The notes: generated from the sequence alone by a model not told the origin. A stretch of DNA of 64,000 nucleotides from Antedon mediterranea (GCF_964355755.1 NC_092675.1:3591812-3655811), one strand, 5' to 3'. Shown: positions 28,001 through 43,000, counted from the stretch's first letter. Made by a program: numbers and translations.

Positions 28001-31000
28001 ATTCATGGCATATCATCAACAAAAGCAAAGTCATGTTTTTTTCCAAGCGAAGATTATCAAATAAGAAGAATGGCGTCGCTAAGTTAATCAAATCATTCAT
28101 TTTACATAAGTTTGTAGATGAATAACTACCAGCTTATTAAGTTTTTGAAAAACACAGTATTATATTTTAGTCACCACTAATTTTTGTTTTACAAAACAGC
28201 ACAGCAACAGCTTGTCAGCAATAAGTATGCTCCTGCCAAAAAGATACATGAGTTAAGGCCTAAATTTTCATTGACTAACGATACAGAATGAATAGCTACA
28301 ACAGTCAATGTGTTCAAGCTCCTCCTTTAGTATTCTATAGTATACTATATCCATACTCAAATTGACAACACCAGCTGAGATGTGTACCAGAGTTAACACC
28401 TTATTCTTCTGCATTATAGTCTTCCAAGTGCACAATATGAGCCAGTACACTGTTTACTTATCCAAGAAGACTTCTTCTACCACCAGAGCCTGTTAACCTA
28501 TTCAAAGTTTATAGCTACAATGTTTAGGTTATTGTTATCAGTACGAGAATGAGAGAATTTTTTGATTCACTATGTAACAAATTATACACATCTTCCTTCC
28601 CGTAACAAGATGTTAACTTTAAATAGCAAACCTTCTTGTTTAAATAGTTACATTAACTTATCATTCTTAAATGCCATGTCATTCATTAAAGTATACCACA
28701 CTTAAAAAGTTTCAATGAATGTATATCTCCTAACTTGGAAACTTTTTAACAGTCTTGAACACATAAGCTTTTATGAATATTCCCAGCTGTTAAAATATAA
28801 AGCACAGAAACATTTTCACATTTGACCTATTTAAAAATGATACAAAGTAACAATAATACCAAATAGATTGAATTATTTGGGATATTGTCTTTTTTATTTC
28901 AACTTTATTTATAGAGGTTAACCTTTCACCTAGATGATGCTGTTGGTATCCAGGGGCACTCTAACTTCACAGGTTTTTCACCATTACCGCTTGATTATTT
29001 TGTTCCTTTCTAACACTGTCAACTGGATAAAGTAACATAAACTAGGGTTGCTGTTTTTTTATCAGTTTAAAGTAGATACATTGTAAAAAAATAATTTAAT
29101 AATTTATGAAATATTGTATAATTGAATATTGTTAAAGCAGCATTGTTGTTAGAGCATTGCTTCCTGTTACCATGCATGATGTGTGTTATGAATGTAAAAA
29201 CTATTATTATCAAATTACTTGTGACATGCACTTCATTAGAATAGCCGGCTAGAGGCTCACCATATTTTATTAGTTCCTCTCAAGAGACTATTTTTCCCGT
29301 AGGACTTCCACTCCCCCATAGTAAAGTTTATTGCTGGTAATGAGCTTCCCTGTGATTGACCATTGAGTCATTGATAATAACACCATTCTACCATTGCGGA
29401 TTTTTATTTGTCATGTATATTCTTTACAGCTGATGCAGCTATTAATGTAGTAATTGTGGTTTTGGAATTATTAGGCAGGGATAATAAATTACAATTTCAT
29501 TAGACTTTTTTAATATTCAATTCACTATTAAACTTGTTAGTCATATTACCCCTTTTATCATGGACATGCTCACTTAAGGATACAAGCCATTATATAAATA
29601 AATTTAATGCAATGTTTATTTTTTAATGGTTACGGTTGTGGCAAAGAGGTGAAGAAGATCAAAGTAACTGTACTTGTTTGTGTTAATATGTTATAAGGGA
29701 TCTGCCAATTGATATGGGTTGCTGAATATTGTCTTTGCTGTTGTCTCATCTCATCTGCACTCAGCGCCTAGAACAACAACTGATTTATAGAGACCATCAA
29801 TTAGGTCAAGAGGCGGTGCATTCGCACATTAATAATAGTAGTATCTTTGTTTTTGTAACTGTAAATCCTGTTCTGAAAAATCATCATGTAAAACTGAAAG
29901 AAAATATATACAGTAATATATATACGGTAGTATAGAAAAACAAAGTAATTTAAATAAATGTATATGAATTAGACCAAAAGGAGGACCAAAAAACAACATA
30001 GCTAACATAAAAAAGGAAACAGGACCTGCTAAAAAATTTACAGAGTGGCGAACGCAAGTGAGACGCGCAATGTTTAACAATGAATAGCGTTTAAGATGAT
30101 GATGATATAAATTAAATAACCAACAGCCAAAAAAAAAATGTTTTTTCCTTTATGATCCTCACAGTATTATCGTGAGGAAACCTTTATCTAAAATTGTTTT
30201 TTGTTAAATTATTTTCAGCTGTAGGATTTTAGGTTTCTCTAAAATATAGTTTTGAAAAAGAGCAAGTCATCTTGAAATTTCAAAAATCACAATAAAAATA
30301 AATTAATTGATGTGCCTGGTGATCTTTCTTTATGGTGACATATTGTACATTTATATGCAATTTCGTGCACACACCTTGACCGAACGAAGTCATTATGGTA
30401 ATTGCAATGACACAGGCTTTTTCAGTGTTTTCATATTTTTAAATTTTTGCTATGATTTTAACATTTTATATTTTTATTTTTTTCAAATTTATTTCATCTT
30501 TATATTTTTCTCCCAGAGGGTCGAATCCAGAACGTGATCCTCTACACATTTCTAACAACAGTGTATACCAAGTTGTTATCGTATCGTATTTTTACAAGAC
30601 CAATGACTGTATGTCCAATCCTAAGGATGGGGCAACAAGTGTATCTTGCCTAGGGATATACAAGCAATATTTAGAACAAACAGGTCTCGAACCCATGCCT
30701 CTCACATGCTAGTCTGATATCACTTACCATTATGCCATACTGCTCTGTCTACTAAGGTGGGGAAATAATGTAGACTTGTTAAGCTCTATCTACACTATCA
30801 AACTTTATGTGACAAAAAAATGTATGGAAATGATGTCATATCACAACCATGTTTGTGCATATGACACATTTTTTGTCAAAAGTTTGATAGTGTAGACCTA
30901 GAGCTTAAGATGAATAATGAAGACGGCATGGAAATTGCATTTAAACGAGTTACCTTTCTTGACAGTTCCTTGTTTCACTATTATAGCGTATACGCCATAA

Positions 31001-34000
31001 GAAATACATTAATACATAGCATGCAATAGGGACTATTTCATTATTAAAGAAAGTTACAGTTTAACTTGAATTTGATGCAATTACTTTACCTTTAACCTAC
31101 ATATAGGTCAGGGCATGGTCCCCGAAACATTCACCATTATTAAATAAGAATCTCCTGGGTTCATATCATTTGCATGTACCAGGCAGTTTCTTCTCAATTT
31201 TGTTAAAGCTTAAACATGAGAAATAGGTAATTATATCTTTAAAGAAAAGATGAAACTTCTTATAAATTAATGTATTGGAAAAAATCTTATAAAATCTGCC
31301 AGCCTAAAATAATACCAGCTAAACTAATTATGTACACCATAGTTATAATACAAATTTGAAAATTATAAATTATATGCTCAATATACCAAAAAACAAAATG
31401 TCTACGTAAATATTTGTGGAAAACATTAGTAGATCTTGGTCTTCAACAACATACATTTCAATACAGAATGTCACTCAGTATAAATAATGAATGATGATAA
31501 ATGATTTAGCTTTCACTGCCCAAATTTTAAGTTGTCTCAATTTGGGCGTGAACATTTTTTGACAGTCCATCAGTGCCCGGAATTGATTGACAGAGTGTGA
31601 AATAATATTGATTTTCATAATTAAAATGCAATGTCATCTGTTATATAGTTCAGACAAAGAAATCTTTTAGCTACAGTAGTATCATTGAGCAATGAGAAAC
31701 CATTTCTTTTGTAAAACATCATGACAGTTTGTAGTAGTTGGCTTTAGATGACAGGAGATGTTTCTAATACATGGCAACAATTTCTTCTTTTTACTTTTAT
31801 TTATGTCATTTTTATTATTAAATGTTAACATAATTTCTTTTTTATTATGAATGTGTTGATCTTGTGTGAAACTTTTGTGAAAAGCTTATAGACCAGGATC
31901 TAGATTTGTTATTTGTATCTAACCCATCAATATGCAATATTTATGAATATAAGTAGTAGTATAGGGGTCTGTTTCTGCAAATTAACCGTTTATTCACACC
32001 GATTTTAACCGGTTATTTTTATTCAGCAGAAAATCCTTCCTTTATGACACCCTATTATTAGGGAACACTTTCACTATCAATAATACGATTGTCAAAAGGT
32101 AATAAAATTGTATGTGAATGTACAGGAAATTATTTTGGTTAAATTTTTTATACTCTAAAATGTCGACATTGATTACTTGAAACCTCTGTCTACACTATCA
32201 AACTAGTTTGACAAAAAAGTTGCGATTATCATATATATGGTAGTGATATGACATCATGCCCATATATGGGCACATCACATTTTTTTGTCACATAAAGTTT
32301 GATAGTGTAGACAGAGCTTTAGATAAAATAACAGTAAACTTGAGGGGGCTATAACATAGCAACCACAGTTTGGAAATTGTTATACACTGCAAGCCCTACG
32401 GCAAAAGCAATTGCATGCCAACATGTTTTATCTAAGTGGTAATACATTTACCTCAATTATTTTTTGTAAAGTGGTGATGGTAGAGGAATGATGGTGGTCA
32501 TAGAATCATATTACACGCCTCAAAACGTTGTCACCAAATCCAGCGCATACCAACATGTTTATAACAGTTTTCAGTCATCATTAAATAATAATTTTTAATA
32601 TTGCCTCTTTCATGTGCCAGTGACGCCTATCAGACATAACATAACATAATTTTATTTTTTTAACTGATTTTTTCAAATTTTTTATGTTTTGTATAAATTT
32701 TTGTATTTTTTTTTAAATGTTTCTGTTTCCATATATTTATATATATTTTTTTGTAAATCAACAATTTCAGCCTTCGGGCTGCATGTTTTTTATTGTATAA
32801 ACCTGAATAAATAAAATAAATAAATAAAATAAATAAGAACAACAATATTATTGGCTGCTGTAAATTGTACAAATTAAACAAAGATGTCGCCTCTGGGTTT
32901 TTAGAATCTTACTTAAATAAATGTGACTTTTAGAATGTTATCTTGAGAGAAAGTATGTATTCAATGTGTTTACATTTGGACTTGATCATGATCAACTACT
33001 CACAATGTGAACCTGATGTAAGTTGTCTTAATTAAACATGTTTTTGACATCATCATAGATCATAAATGCGATGTTCTTCTATCAAGTGTAATGTTTTAGC
33101 CTTCGGCCTACTTTACATTATATCATGAATTTTGCAATAAAAGACCAATATACTTAACTTGCCATACATATTTACCTAGGTATTAGGGTTATATTTTGAA
33201 AAATGAATTTAACCTCAAAGGGCCTCTTAGAAGTACTTAACTAGGGACCGTTACCTCTTGCATTATACGCACTGCACTGATCACATGTGAACTATTCTGT
33301 AATACTGCATAATGGTATATATCCACCATCAAGTCTTAATTAAGTAAAGTCGTCATCTTTTTCTGTATCCTTCATTTACTTCCTATGTTTTATTATGTCC
33401 TTGTGCTGAACTTAATGGTTCTTGGTCTCTGTTCTCATTCTGCATCCTATTAATGTTAATGGGATGCTATTTGTTGACAGCTACAGTACTTAACTTTGGT
33501 TAAAAGTAGGTTTACAATTTAAAGTGTTTTTAGCATCACCAAGCAATGACCCAACAAATGGAAAAGTTTTAAAAAAGTGTGCTTAAAGGAAACGTGTTCT
33601 ATCTTACATAAATGAATTGAATAAATAAAATATTAAAATTGTTTGCATATTTTTTTATTGATAACTACTTGAAATCTGCCAGATTATTATCTTTAACCTC
33701 TCTGCAACCTGAATATTAAGTACATATAAAAAATTGATGAACATGTGCTTGATTATTTCAATGAAACATTTGTAAAGAGGATTTTATTTTATTTTATTCA
33801 TTCAAAACCAACAGCGATTAATACCGCCACTAACAGGTTTGAAACATAAACCAAAACAGTTAAAAAGAATAAAATCACCCTTAACGTAGCCTAAATATGA
33901 ACAGCGTTAGTGAGCATCCCATGGTTTGAAAGAGGCGCAGGATTGGTGAGTGCATGGTTTAAGATGAAAGAGATGGCCTAGAAGGTATAAGCTGTATACA

Positions 34001-37000
34001 GAGAAAAACATCCTAAACCTAAAATGGGTATAAAGTAACTTGTTTTGGAGGTTTTTTTTTTATTTTGTAGACACTACAAATGGCAATCATGAATTATTTA
34101 AACAGGATATATAAAGTACATCTAAATATATTGAATTGAACTTCTTTAGTATAAAATGCTATATGTTACAGCAAATGCATCCTACATACTGCATAACTCA
34201 AGTTGTAAACAAATCCGGCTATTTATTAAGCTTCAATGCCATTCCATAATTTTTTTTAAGTACCATCTAAACCTTCCTGGTATTTGTCCAAGAATTCAAT
34301 TCAATTAAGAATCGCAGCCAAACGTTAATGGAGCGAACATGTTCAGCGTACAGTGTGTCCGCTGCAGAGTTTTGGGGTTTTTTCCATGCATGGTTTCATA
34401 CTCTGCAGTGCTATTTCAGAAAAATTATTTAAGATTAGGCCAAGTTTAACCCTGTCAAAATGTGTTTTAAAGTTGATCATACACTTTTTAAATTTTATTT
34501 CATCATCACTCTACAGTGACCATTCTTCACCATTAACAGGGTTGAAAGACATAACATATAATATACTGTATAAGCAAACAAATAACAAGACAACATTTAG
34601 ATATTACTGACATGTTATAATATTATTATATATCTATATAATTTTCTTAATTAAATAATATAATACTACTAAAAACTACTATATAATTTTAAAATCTGGG
34701 GGATTTAACCCACAACCTCCATATTCACTCTGGCCAGGCAATCATATTGCTAGACCTCTGGAAGTTGTGGGTTCAAATCCCATCCGAGAATTACTCTGTA
34801 AGTTCATTATAATTACTGTACTGTAAGTATGGCAAACTATCTAACTTAGATCTCTGACACAAAGCTATTAAAGTAATTTAAATTCTCGTAATTAACATTG
34901 TAATGAAGGAACTTAATTATAAAACATTTATCTCTTTATTATTTTTTGTCGGGATGGGGTTAGTTCAAAAAAACCTTTAAAATTCATAAATATAAATATC
35001 ATAAAAATCATAAATATAGTAGGTCAACAACCTTGTTTATGATAGGGAGCCAAGATCTCCGTCCCCTGTTGTTTTCTCCCCTGAGGAATGTCCTTGTAAT
35101 GACAAACTATGAGGGGGTGAGGATTTCCTGTTTGTTCTATAAAGATCCTCTTGGAAACCATCCACAGTCTCGATGTTCCATGCTAAAAAGAAAAAAAAGG
35201 TAATATAGTGTCGCTACGATTTCCCAGTTAAGACCCATGGGTCTGTGACAGAATTAAGTTAACTAATTGATTAATTGCATTTGCTTTTACAGTCAAGAGT
35301 ACTGTAGATGGATTTGAAAAACTTTGCTAGGTTAAAAGATGCTTTATCAAGCTGAGAAAAGAACGTCTGGAATAATCTTAAAAATCAATTTCATAACATC
35401 ATCGACGAAATCTTGATTCAACTTAGTATTAGTAAAATGATGAAGATTTTGGAGTTTCATACACATAATACATAATCAAAAATGTCTGGTGAACAACATA
35501 AGAAAGATAATAACTAGAGACATGGGGCAGTTTTTATTTCAAGAGGACCTGATATTAAAGATTTCTCATTAAATTCAAACTATAACATCCACAACAATAT
35601 ACTACAATAACTAAGATAAAAAAGCAATATTCAGATTATAAAATCATTATTAAATACAGCATCTCTAAAGGTTTATTTAGCCTAAATTGAACCAATTAAT
35701 TTTATTCAACTTCAGAGTTTTGTTTTCATACTATAGCCAAAATTATCCACCATATATCCACCATCTTTTTTCACCTTCTATGGAGTCACCAGACATGTTA
35801 TTATATTAGGTTAAACTACCTAACTACTGAAAAAAAGTTTTTCTTTTTAAGGGAAATTTATGTTTTTTCGTCTTGATTTCTATTACAAATATTTGATTTA
35901 TGTACAATTAACCAGATATTATATTTAAAATTCATGCCTGTACATGAGCTTTAAACACTTCTGAATTACCTTGAGCAAAACTAAAACTTACAGGTGACAC
36001 CATCTGATTTTGATACATTACCAAGTGATTAAAAGTGAACAAAAAGAGATTACAACAATAACACACATCATTATGTTTGTATTTATATCAATTGGTTTCA
36101 GGATTGAATCTTGGAACAGCCTGTAGCGGTATTTACTCAGTGATCCTGTTTGTCTGTTAATAGTTTACTGAAATCCAAGCTACTTTGCTTGTATTGAATA
36201 TCTGTCCACCATGAACAACTGGGCCAGATTTAAATACAATATGAATCAAACGTTTTTAGACCACACATGTTCACTTCTTTCTTAATAGAAAGGGGCGAGA
36301 TCAAATGAAGGTGAAAAGTTAAAACTTTACTGATATTTAGGTTCACGGTGAAGTAAAAGATTTCAATAACTTTTTAGAAATAATGTTCAATCATGACTTG
36401 CATAGAATTTTTAAAAAGTGGGTTTCCTTGTGTAGTCAAGGTAATTAAAGGTAATTTTTAAAGAACAAATCACAGCTGTCGTCACAGATGTTATGTTTAA
36501 CTTTTTAGTAGCTGTAGAAAGAAAATTAACTTTAAAATGTCCACACAATTTTGATTTTTTTTGTCTTATAATGATGTTGTTGGTTTTAACAGTGATTTGC
36601 CTGGTCAGATATCCACTTTGAATAATTATCAAATGATGGGCACTTTGTTACTATGAACGTACCTTTTGTGATATATTAATGATATCACAAATGGAGTTAT
36701 CTTTTATATAGACTGAAATTTGAAATAGCACGGCCTCTTTTGCTTTCTTCATTTTTCCAAGTATTTTGGCCAGTTTTTATTTTGTCAGTTACCTATGATG
36801 ATTTTTAGTAAATATTTTTTTTTACTTTTGTAACCAATTTATGCAATTTGAAAAATAAATATTAAAAGAATATATATATAATCACTGGATAATTTACTGA
36901 AAATAAGGCTAATAGCCACATGAATACTGTTGAATAGTTTTGTATATGTGTTGAACAAGTCCAGGTACTTCAATGACATGATGAAATATCTAAAGGATAT

Positions 37001-40000
37001 AATTAATGTAATTCATCTGCAATGTGGTGGTGCTCAGAAAAATCAAAGTTATCTCACATGGCGCGATTAGTTAATTAAGATTACTAAAAACCTTACCTCA
37101 ACAATTGTTCACCTGTTAACATTAACAATGACTTGACATTTATTGCATTATAATGTTGCCCAGGGATTGACACTAACCATTTGGTGTTGATGTGACATCA
37201 TGAGTGTAATGTCACTATGGATTATGTGATAATGCATATAACATGTTTCAACATTGTAGTGAATTGATTGAAATATTCTCTTCCCAGGTATCAAAAAGGT
37301 TTTTTTTTAAAAGGTCATAATTAGGTGAGGGCTTTGGATGTGTTTTACCAGGGGCGAGTGAAATTACATTGTAATTCCATCATTTCTCTTTTTTACAAAG
37401 CTATTTAGAAACAGAAATAAGTGACACATTTTTTTCAATAATAGTATTTTGTTAACTGCACATATCTACCAAAATGCTCAAGGTGCTTGTGGAAAAGTAA
37501 TTCATAAGCCTAAAAAAACTAGCCAAAAACCCCACATAAGTTTCCTTTTACCAGAAATTTAAAATGCATATATCATCTTTAATATTCAGCTTGTTAGCTA
37601 TATATAGACTGAGAGTAAAACAATATGCTAAGTTTCTTGTTAAAGGCCAATTTACACAAACGAGCGGTAACGGTAATAAAAATATATAATCTATGTTTAT
37701 TCCTTATGACCATTTACACACAAGACGTAGTGAACGGGAAGTTTTCGCTCAGGATAGATAGATACAGATTCTACAAAGAAACTAGATTTTCCATTTTCAT
37801 AGGCCTTTATGTTACTGTGTATATTCTTGTTTTTCGCTCTTTCAAATTATTGCTTTATTTTTTAAGAATATTGTATTGCTAATCGTAAAGCTAATTTTAC
37901 TAAATTGTTGCTATCTATTTATAGAAAGTTGGATGTGATGGCGTTCTCAGTTCTGGTCTTGAATATGACAAATGCGGTGTATGCGATGGCCACAACACAG
38001 CTTGTGAAGTTCACACAGGAACGTTTAATAGAGTTACAATGTCCGTTGGTTATAATGATATAGTCACCATACCTGTAGGAGCTATGTACATAAATATAAC
38101 AGCTGCTAAGAGCATGAATTACCTTGGTAAGCTATGCAATAACATTTCTCATTGTCCAAAAAAATGTTCATTTTATATTTAACACCATTTTTAACTAGTA
38201 ATATAATGAGGTTTGTTTACACACTTAAATAGCTTAAATAAAAAAAATATTCATTTATTTAGTTAATGTGATGGCATTCTTGTCACAGCACTGGTGTGAA
38301 AATGGATTAAACTTCTATGCATTTGGAAAAAAATGCTAATTTTGTATCTTATCTCATTAATTCTCATTTTTAACAACTAATAATTTACTGATAGTGTTAT
38401 TTTACATTTAATTTGAATTTATTTTTTCAGCACTAGCAGACACAAATGGTGAAACCTACATCAATGGTGACTGGCATATAGATACAAATGGTAACTACCC
38501 AGCTGCAGGCACAATGTTCCAATACAAGAGAGCATCTGTTACAGCTGGATCTGGACAACAACTTATAGCAGAAGGTCCTACTGACAAAGATCTTATAGTT
38601 CAGGTAGGTAGAATATAGAGTTTTGTGGTGTGACGTCACAACGGTAGATGGCGCTGCATGGTTGCTAGCGTAATCAAAAATGCGTTCAATGCTATATGTT
38701 GATAAACACTATAGATTTGTGTTTCTATCAAATTATGTATCTTAGCTTGATTTTTTTTAACTTGTAGTTGAAGAATAAATAGATTATCAAAAAAAGATAT
38801 TTAATGATCTTTTGAATTTTAGTTTGTTTTTATTGAAAATGATTAAGTTTTAAAATGACTACTTCAATAAGCCTATTCCACCATTGGTAAACTAGGAGTC
38901 ACTCAGGCAGGTTGAACGCATTTTTCGGTTGGCTAGCAACCATGCAGCGCCACCTACCGTCCACGCAGCGCCACCTACCGTCGTGACGTCAGCACCGCAG
39001 AACTCTATAGAAAGTATACAAGAACTGTACTAGAATCTTTGTTTGCATGCATCATACTATAGATAAACTTATTATAGTCTATCTTCTACTTTTTCAGCTG
39101 ATATTTCAAAAAACTAATCCTGGAGTTGAATATGAATATGTTATTCCAACTGAAACTTCACCTACTACTGTCAAGCCAACAACAACCACTGAAACTGATG
39201 CTCCTCTAACAACTTCTCTGCTAAAAAATAAACATCAGGTAACTGTATTTCATTTAGGCTCTTATTAGTTATTATAGAATAATATTGCTTTGTTTCATCT
39301 GTTTCCATTGTTACTTACTGTAACTTAAGCCAAAGATCAACAAGACACCTGCGTTGCATATTTCTATGTACAGTATTATCGCAGAGACCAACAAATCACA
39401 AACTACTTTTTTTAAGTAACTTAGTTTTAGTGATTATTTATACCTTAATTAAAAATTATAATTGTGTATATCTTTCATTCTTTTACAGGAAATAGACAGT
39501 AACCCTAGTAGAACAACTTCTACAAACCAACAGAATTCTAGATCGCATAAAAAAAAGAAAGGCAACAGAAAAGGACAGCAACCAAGAACATCTACTGGGT
39601 CACCGGCAGTGGCATCACCTGTAAAGCCAAAAAATAATAAACGAAAACAGGATGATATTGGATTAACATCTCCTGTTTTACCTCCTAACCTTGGACCAAA
39701 TGCAAGAACTCCAATAGACAGTGGTGGTTTATGGCCAAATGGTAACAAACAGAAAGTAAACACGCAGACAAGCAATACCCCTGTTCCTGATGCACAAAAG
39801 GTGACTGAAATGCCAGATTCTACTACAGAACAAACTACGCAGGAATCAAACAGAAGACATCATCATTTTTCTATTGATGACACACCAATTGATGTACAGG
39901 CTGAAGAAAGCAAAGCAGCAGCAGTTGTGCCTTCAGAAAATGCCAAAACAATTGATGAAACAAAGACTGTCCAAGAAATTGTGCCATCACCTTCTGGTGT

Positions 40001-43000
40001 TGTTGAATCTGGAAGTTCACAACAGGAAGTAGATAAAACAAAAGATAAAAATATTGATCCTCCATTTGTTGATTATAGTGAAACTACGCCCAAACCAATC
40101 AAAGCTGATGATGCATCTGCAAATGGTGATGCTTCTCCAACTGTAGGATCTAAGATGAGTAGACAAACATCCACACCAAAGAATACATATAAATCTAAAG
40201 AAGTATCCACAACTGAGAAACCATTTTTTAATAGAAAGACATCAACATCTGAAAGACCATCTCCAAATTCTGATGGATTGGGATCAGAAAGAATTCCACC
40301 TAGTCCTCTGGAAGATAGTATCAGTAGCAATGGAAATAATCCAGAGAAAGCTGAACCCTCGCCTGCCACACCTGATCACAATGCGTTAAATGTTGCAGAT
40401 TCTAACAGTAAAGAATCTTCACATGGTACTAGCCATTCTTCAGGGAATCCACATTATCCTAATCATGAAGACTCGCTTCCTTCTGGTTTGTTACCAAATG
40501 GTAAACCAAAGGTGATTAATCCTTACAAACCAGGATTCATGATTCCAAATACTCAGGCACGTAGTGGTAATCCGTATAGGTCTGGAAACGGACAAACAGA
40601 TGCTCTATCTGAAGGGAATCCTCAAAGAAATCCAAATACACAGGGTTACCAACAGAATAGTGGATATCCTCAAAGCAGTGGTTATCAACCAAATGGCGGT
40701 CATCCACAAAATAGTGGTTATCAACCAAATGGTGGTTACCAGCAAAATGGCGGTACTCAAACAGGTGGCTATCAACAGAATGGTGGTTACCAACCTAATC
40801 CTAATAGTAGATTTCCACAAAGTGGCAGTACTCAAAATAGTGGCTATCAACCGAATGGTGGTTACCGACCTAATCCTAATGGGGGATTTCCACAAAGTGG
40901 CAGTACTCAAAATGGTGGCTATCAACAGAATGGTGGTTACCGACCTAATCCTAATGGTGGATTTCCACAAAGTGGCAGTACTCAAAATGGTGGCTATCAA
41001 CAAAATGGTGGTTACCAAACAAGTGGTTCTCAAAATGGTTACCAACCAAATGGTGGTTCACAAATTGGTGGTTACCGACCAAATAGTAGATTTCCACAAA
41101 ATGGTGGCTACCAACCAAATGGTGGTGGTTCTCAAAATGGTTATCAACCAAATGGTGGTGGTTCTCAAAATGGTTACCAACCAAGTGGTGGTGGTTCTCA
41201 AAATGGTTATCAACCAAATGGTCGTGGTTCTCAAAATGGTTACCAACCAAATGGTGGCGGTTCTCAAAATGGTTACCAACCAAATGTTGGTTCTCAGCAA
41301 GGGAGTGGACGGTACAACCATAACCCATCAAATACTGATGCTGGAAGTGGATTACCTTATGGAGGTTCACCAAATGGTGGAGCATTCCCAAGTAGCAACC
41401 GCGGACCGTCAACTGACGATACCACAACTGGCAGTCCTGATGGTGAACAAGAGCGGCAAGAAATGCCTGTTGTGAATCCATTAAAAACTGGAAATGTTAG
41501 ACCTGATGATGCCACATATCTTTGGCAAGAGGTCGGCCTTTCAGATTGTTCTGTCACTTGTGCAGGGGGTAAGGACTCTTTTTTTTTATTCATACAAAGA
41601 ACATCAATGATTGTTGTAACCTAGTGTTATATTAACAACTACCAGCAAACAATTCTAATATTGAATTAATTTGTCCAGGTACCCAACACAAGGTAGTAAT
41701 ATGTTTCAATTTGCAAACTGCAAATGAAGCAGAAGATTCATATTGTGATGAGCGTTACAAACCTCCAACAAAGACAATCATTTGTAATACTCAACCATGT
41801 CCTGCTATGTAAGTATAAATTGCTATATATTCTCTGAAATGCTCATTTATAATAATTAGTATAAGTGTACAAACGCGACTCTATAGCTCACTATGTCGGT
41901 CGGTTGGTCGGCCGGTCGGTTGGCCGGTAAACACCAACCACCAACTTAAATTTGCGCATGCGACTGCATGCCATGTATATGGCCTTGTTAAATATGAGAC
42001 TACAGATCCAACTTCATTGAAAATTTCTATTTTCTCTACAACTATTTATTTCAAAAAGCAATGATACCAGATTTGATAGACTGTATGTCAAGAGGTTTAA
42101 ATATATATGTAGAAGATCCACTAAATCATTGCAGATACTAAAGGAAACATTGAGAATTTGATCTATTTTACTACAGGTGGGAAGTTGGTATGTGGAGCCA
42201 ATGCAGTAGAACATGTGGACGTGGTATGCAAATGAGACAGGTGATATGCAAACAAAAGAAATCTGCTTCTTTAACAACAATTGTTGACATGAGTAACTGT
42301 GATGCCAGTAAGATTCCTGACAAGGTACAAGAGTGCTCAATGGCAAGGTGCACTATGTGGAAGACAGGAAGGTGGCAAACGGTATGTAAAATACAAATAC
42401 TTACTGGGTTAAGGGGTATGGTTTAAAATAAATAAATATTTAAATATATAATACTACATTTTTCTTACTATATTTGTAGTGTTCTGCACAGTGTGGTGAT
42501 GGCGTACAAAGTCGTGATATAACTTGTGTTGATGATAACATGATTCAAGTGGATGAAAGTGGTTGTGACCCTAATTCAAGACCACTGGAATCTATAGCGT
42601 GTACAGGGCCACCATGCGATACTAAATGGTTTATTGGTGATTGGCCACGACAGGTATGTTTGGGTATTTGCATTTTTGGATTGGACAATCGAAAAGGAGT
42701 GAAGCACCAACATTTATGAAGCAATTCTGTGTAAAAAAAACTTTCTTTGCCTGCCTTCAATCCAATCAGCATTTTAATAGTACCTATGACTAGTAGTTGA
42801 TTTCAGAATTATTGTATAGACATTTGAAACAGAAAAATGAAAAACTATACAAACATATGAACTGATTTGAATATAATTTTTGTTTTCTTTTAAGTGTTCT
42901 CGAGAATGTGGTGGAGGCCAGATGGCTAGGGTAACTGTCTGTACTACTGTTGGTCTACATGGTGATATGGGTAGCGGTCAGTGTGACGTTTCAATAAAGC

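Noticed and set aside
30660-30745. tRNA gene
   Set aside because: A and B boxes only, no acceptor or anticodon stems; better explained as a SINE head.
34446-34545. Second piggyBac-like MITE (TTAACCCTGT...ACAGGGTTGA)
   Set aside because: The inverted match is too short and the right TTAA is imperfect.
1-37924. Many 60-100 aa ORFs
   Set aside because: AT-rich chance ORFs, often with TTG/GTG starts and no recognisable domains; I found no TSR or Cys-rich exons here, though small exons could be missed.
40537-41481. Overlapping ORFs (303-aa MVV-repeat ORF, LVTTIL and NHHLVGNHF repeat ORFs)
   Set aside because: Shadow frames of the stop-poor GYQPNG repeats; only the 39489 frame splices into the gene.
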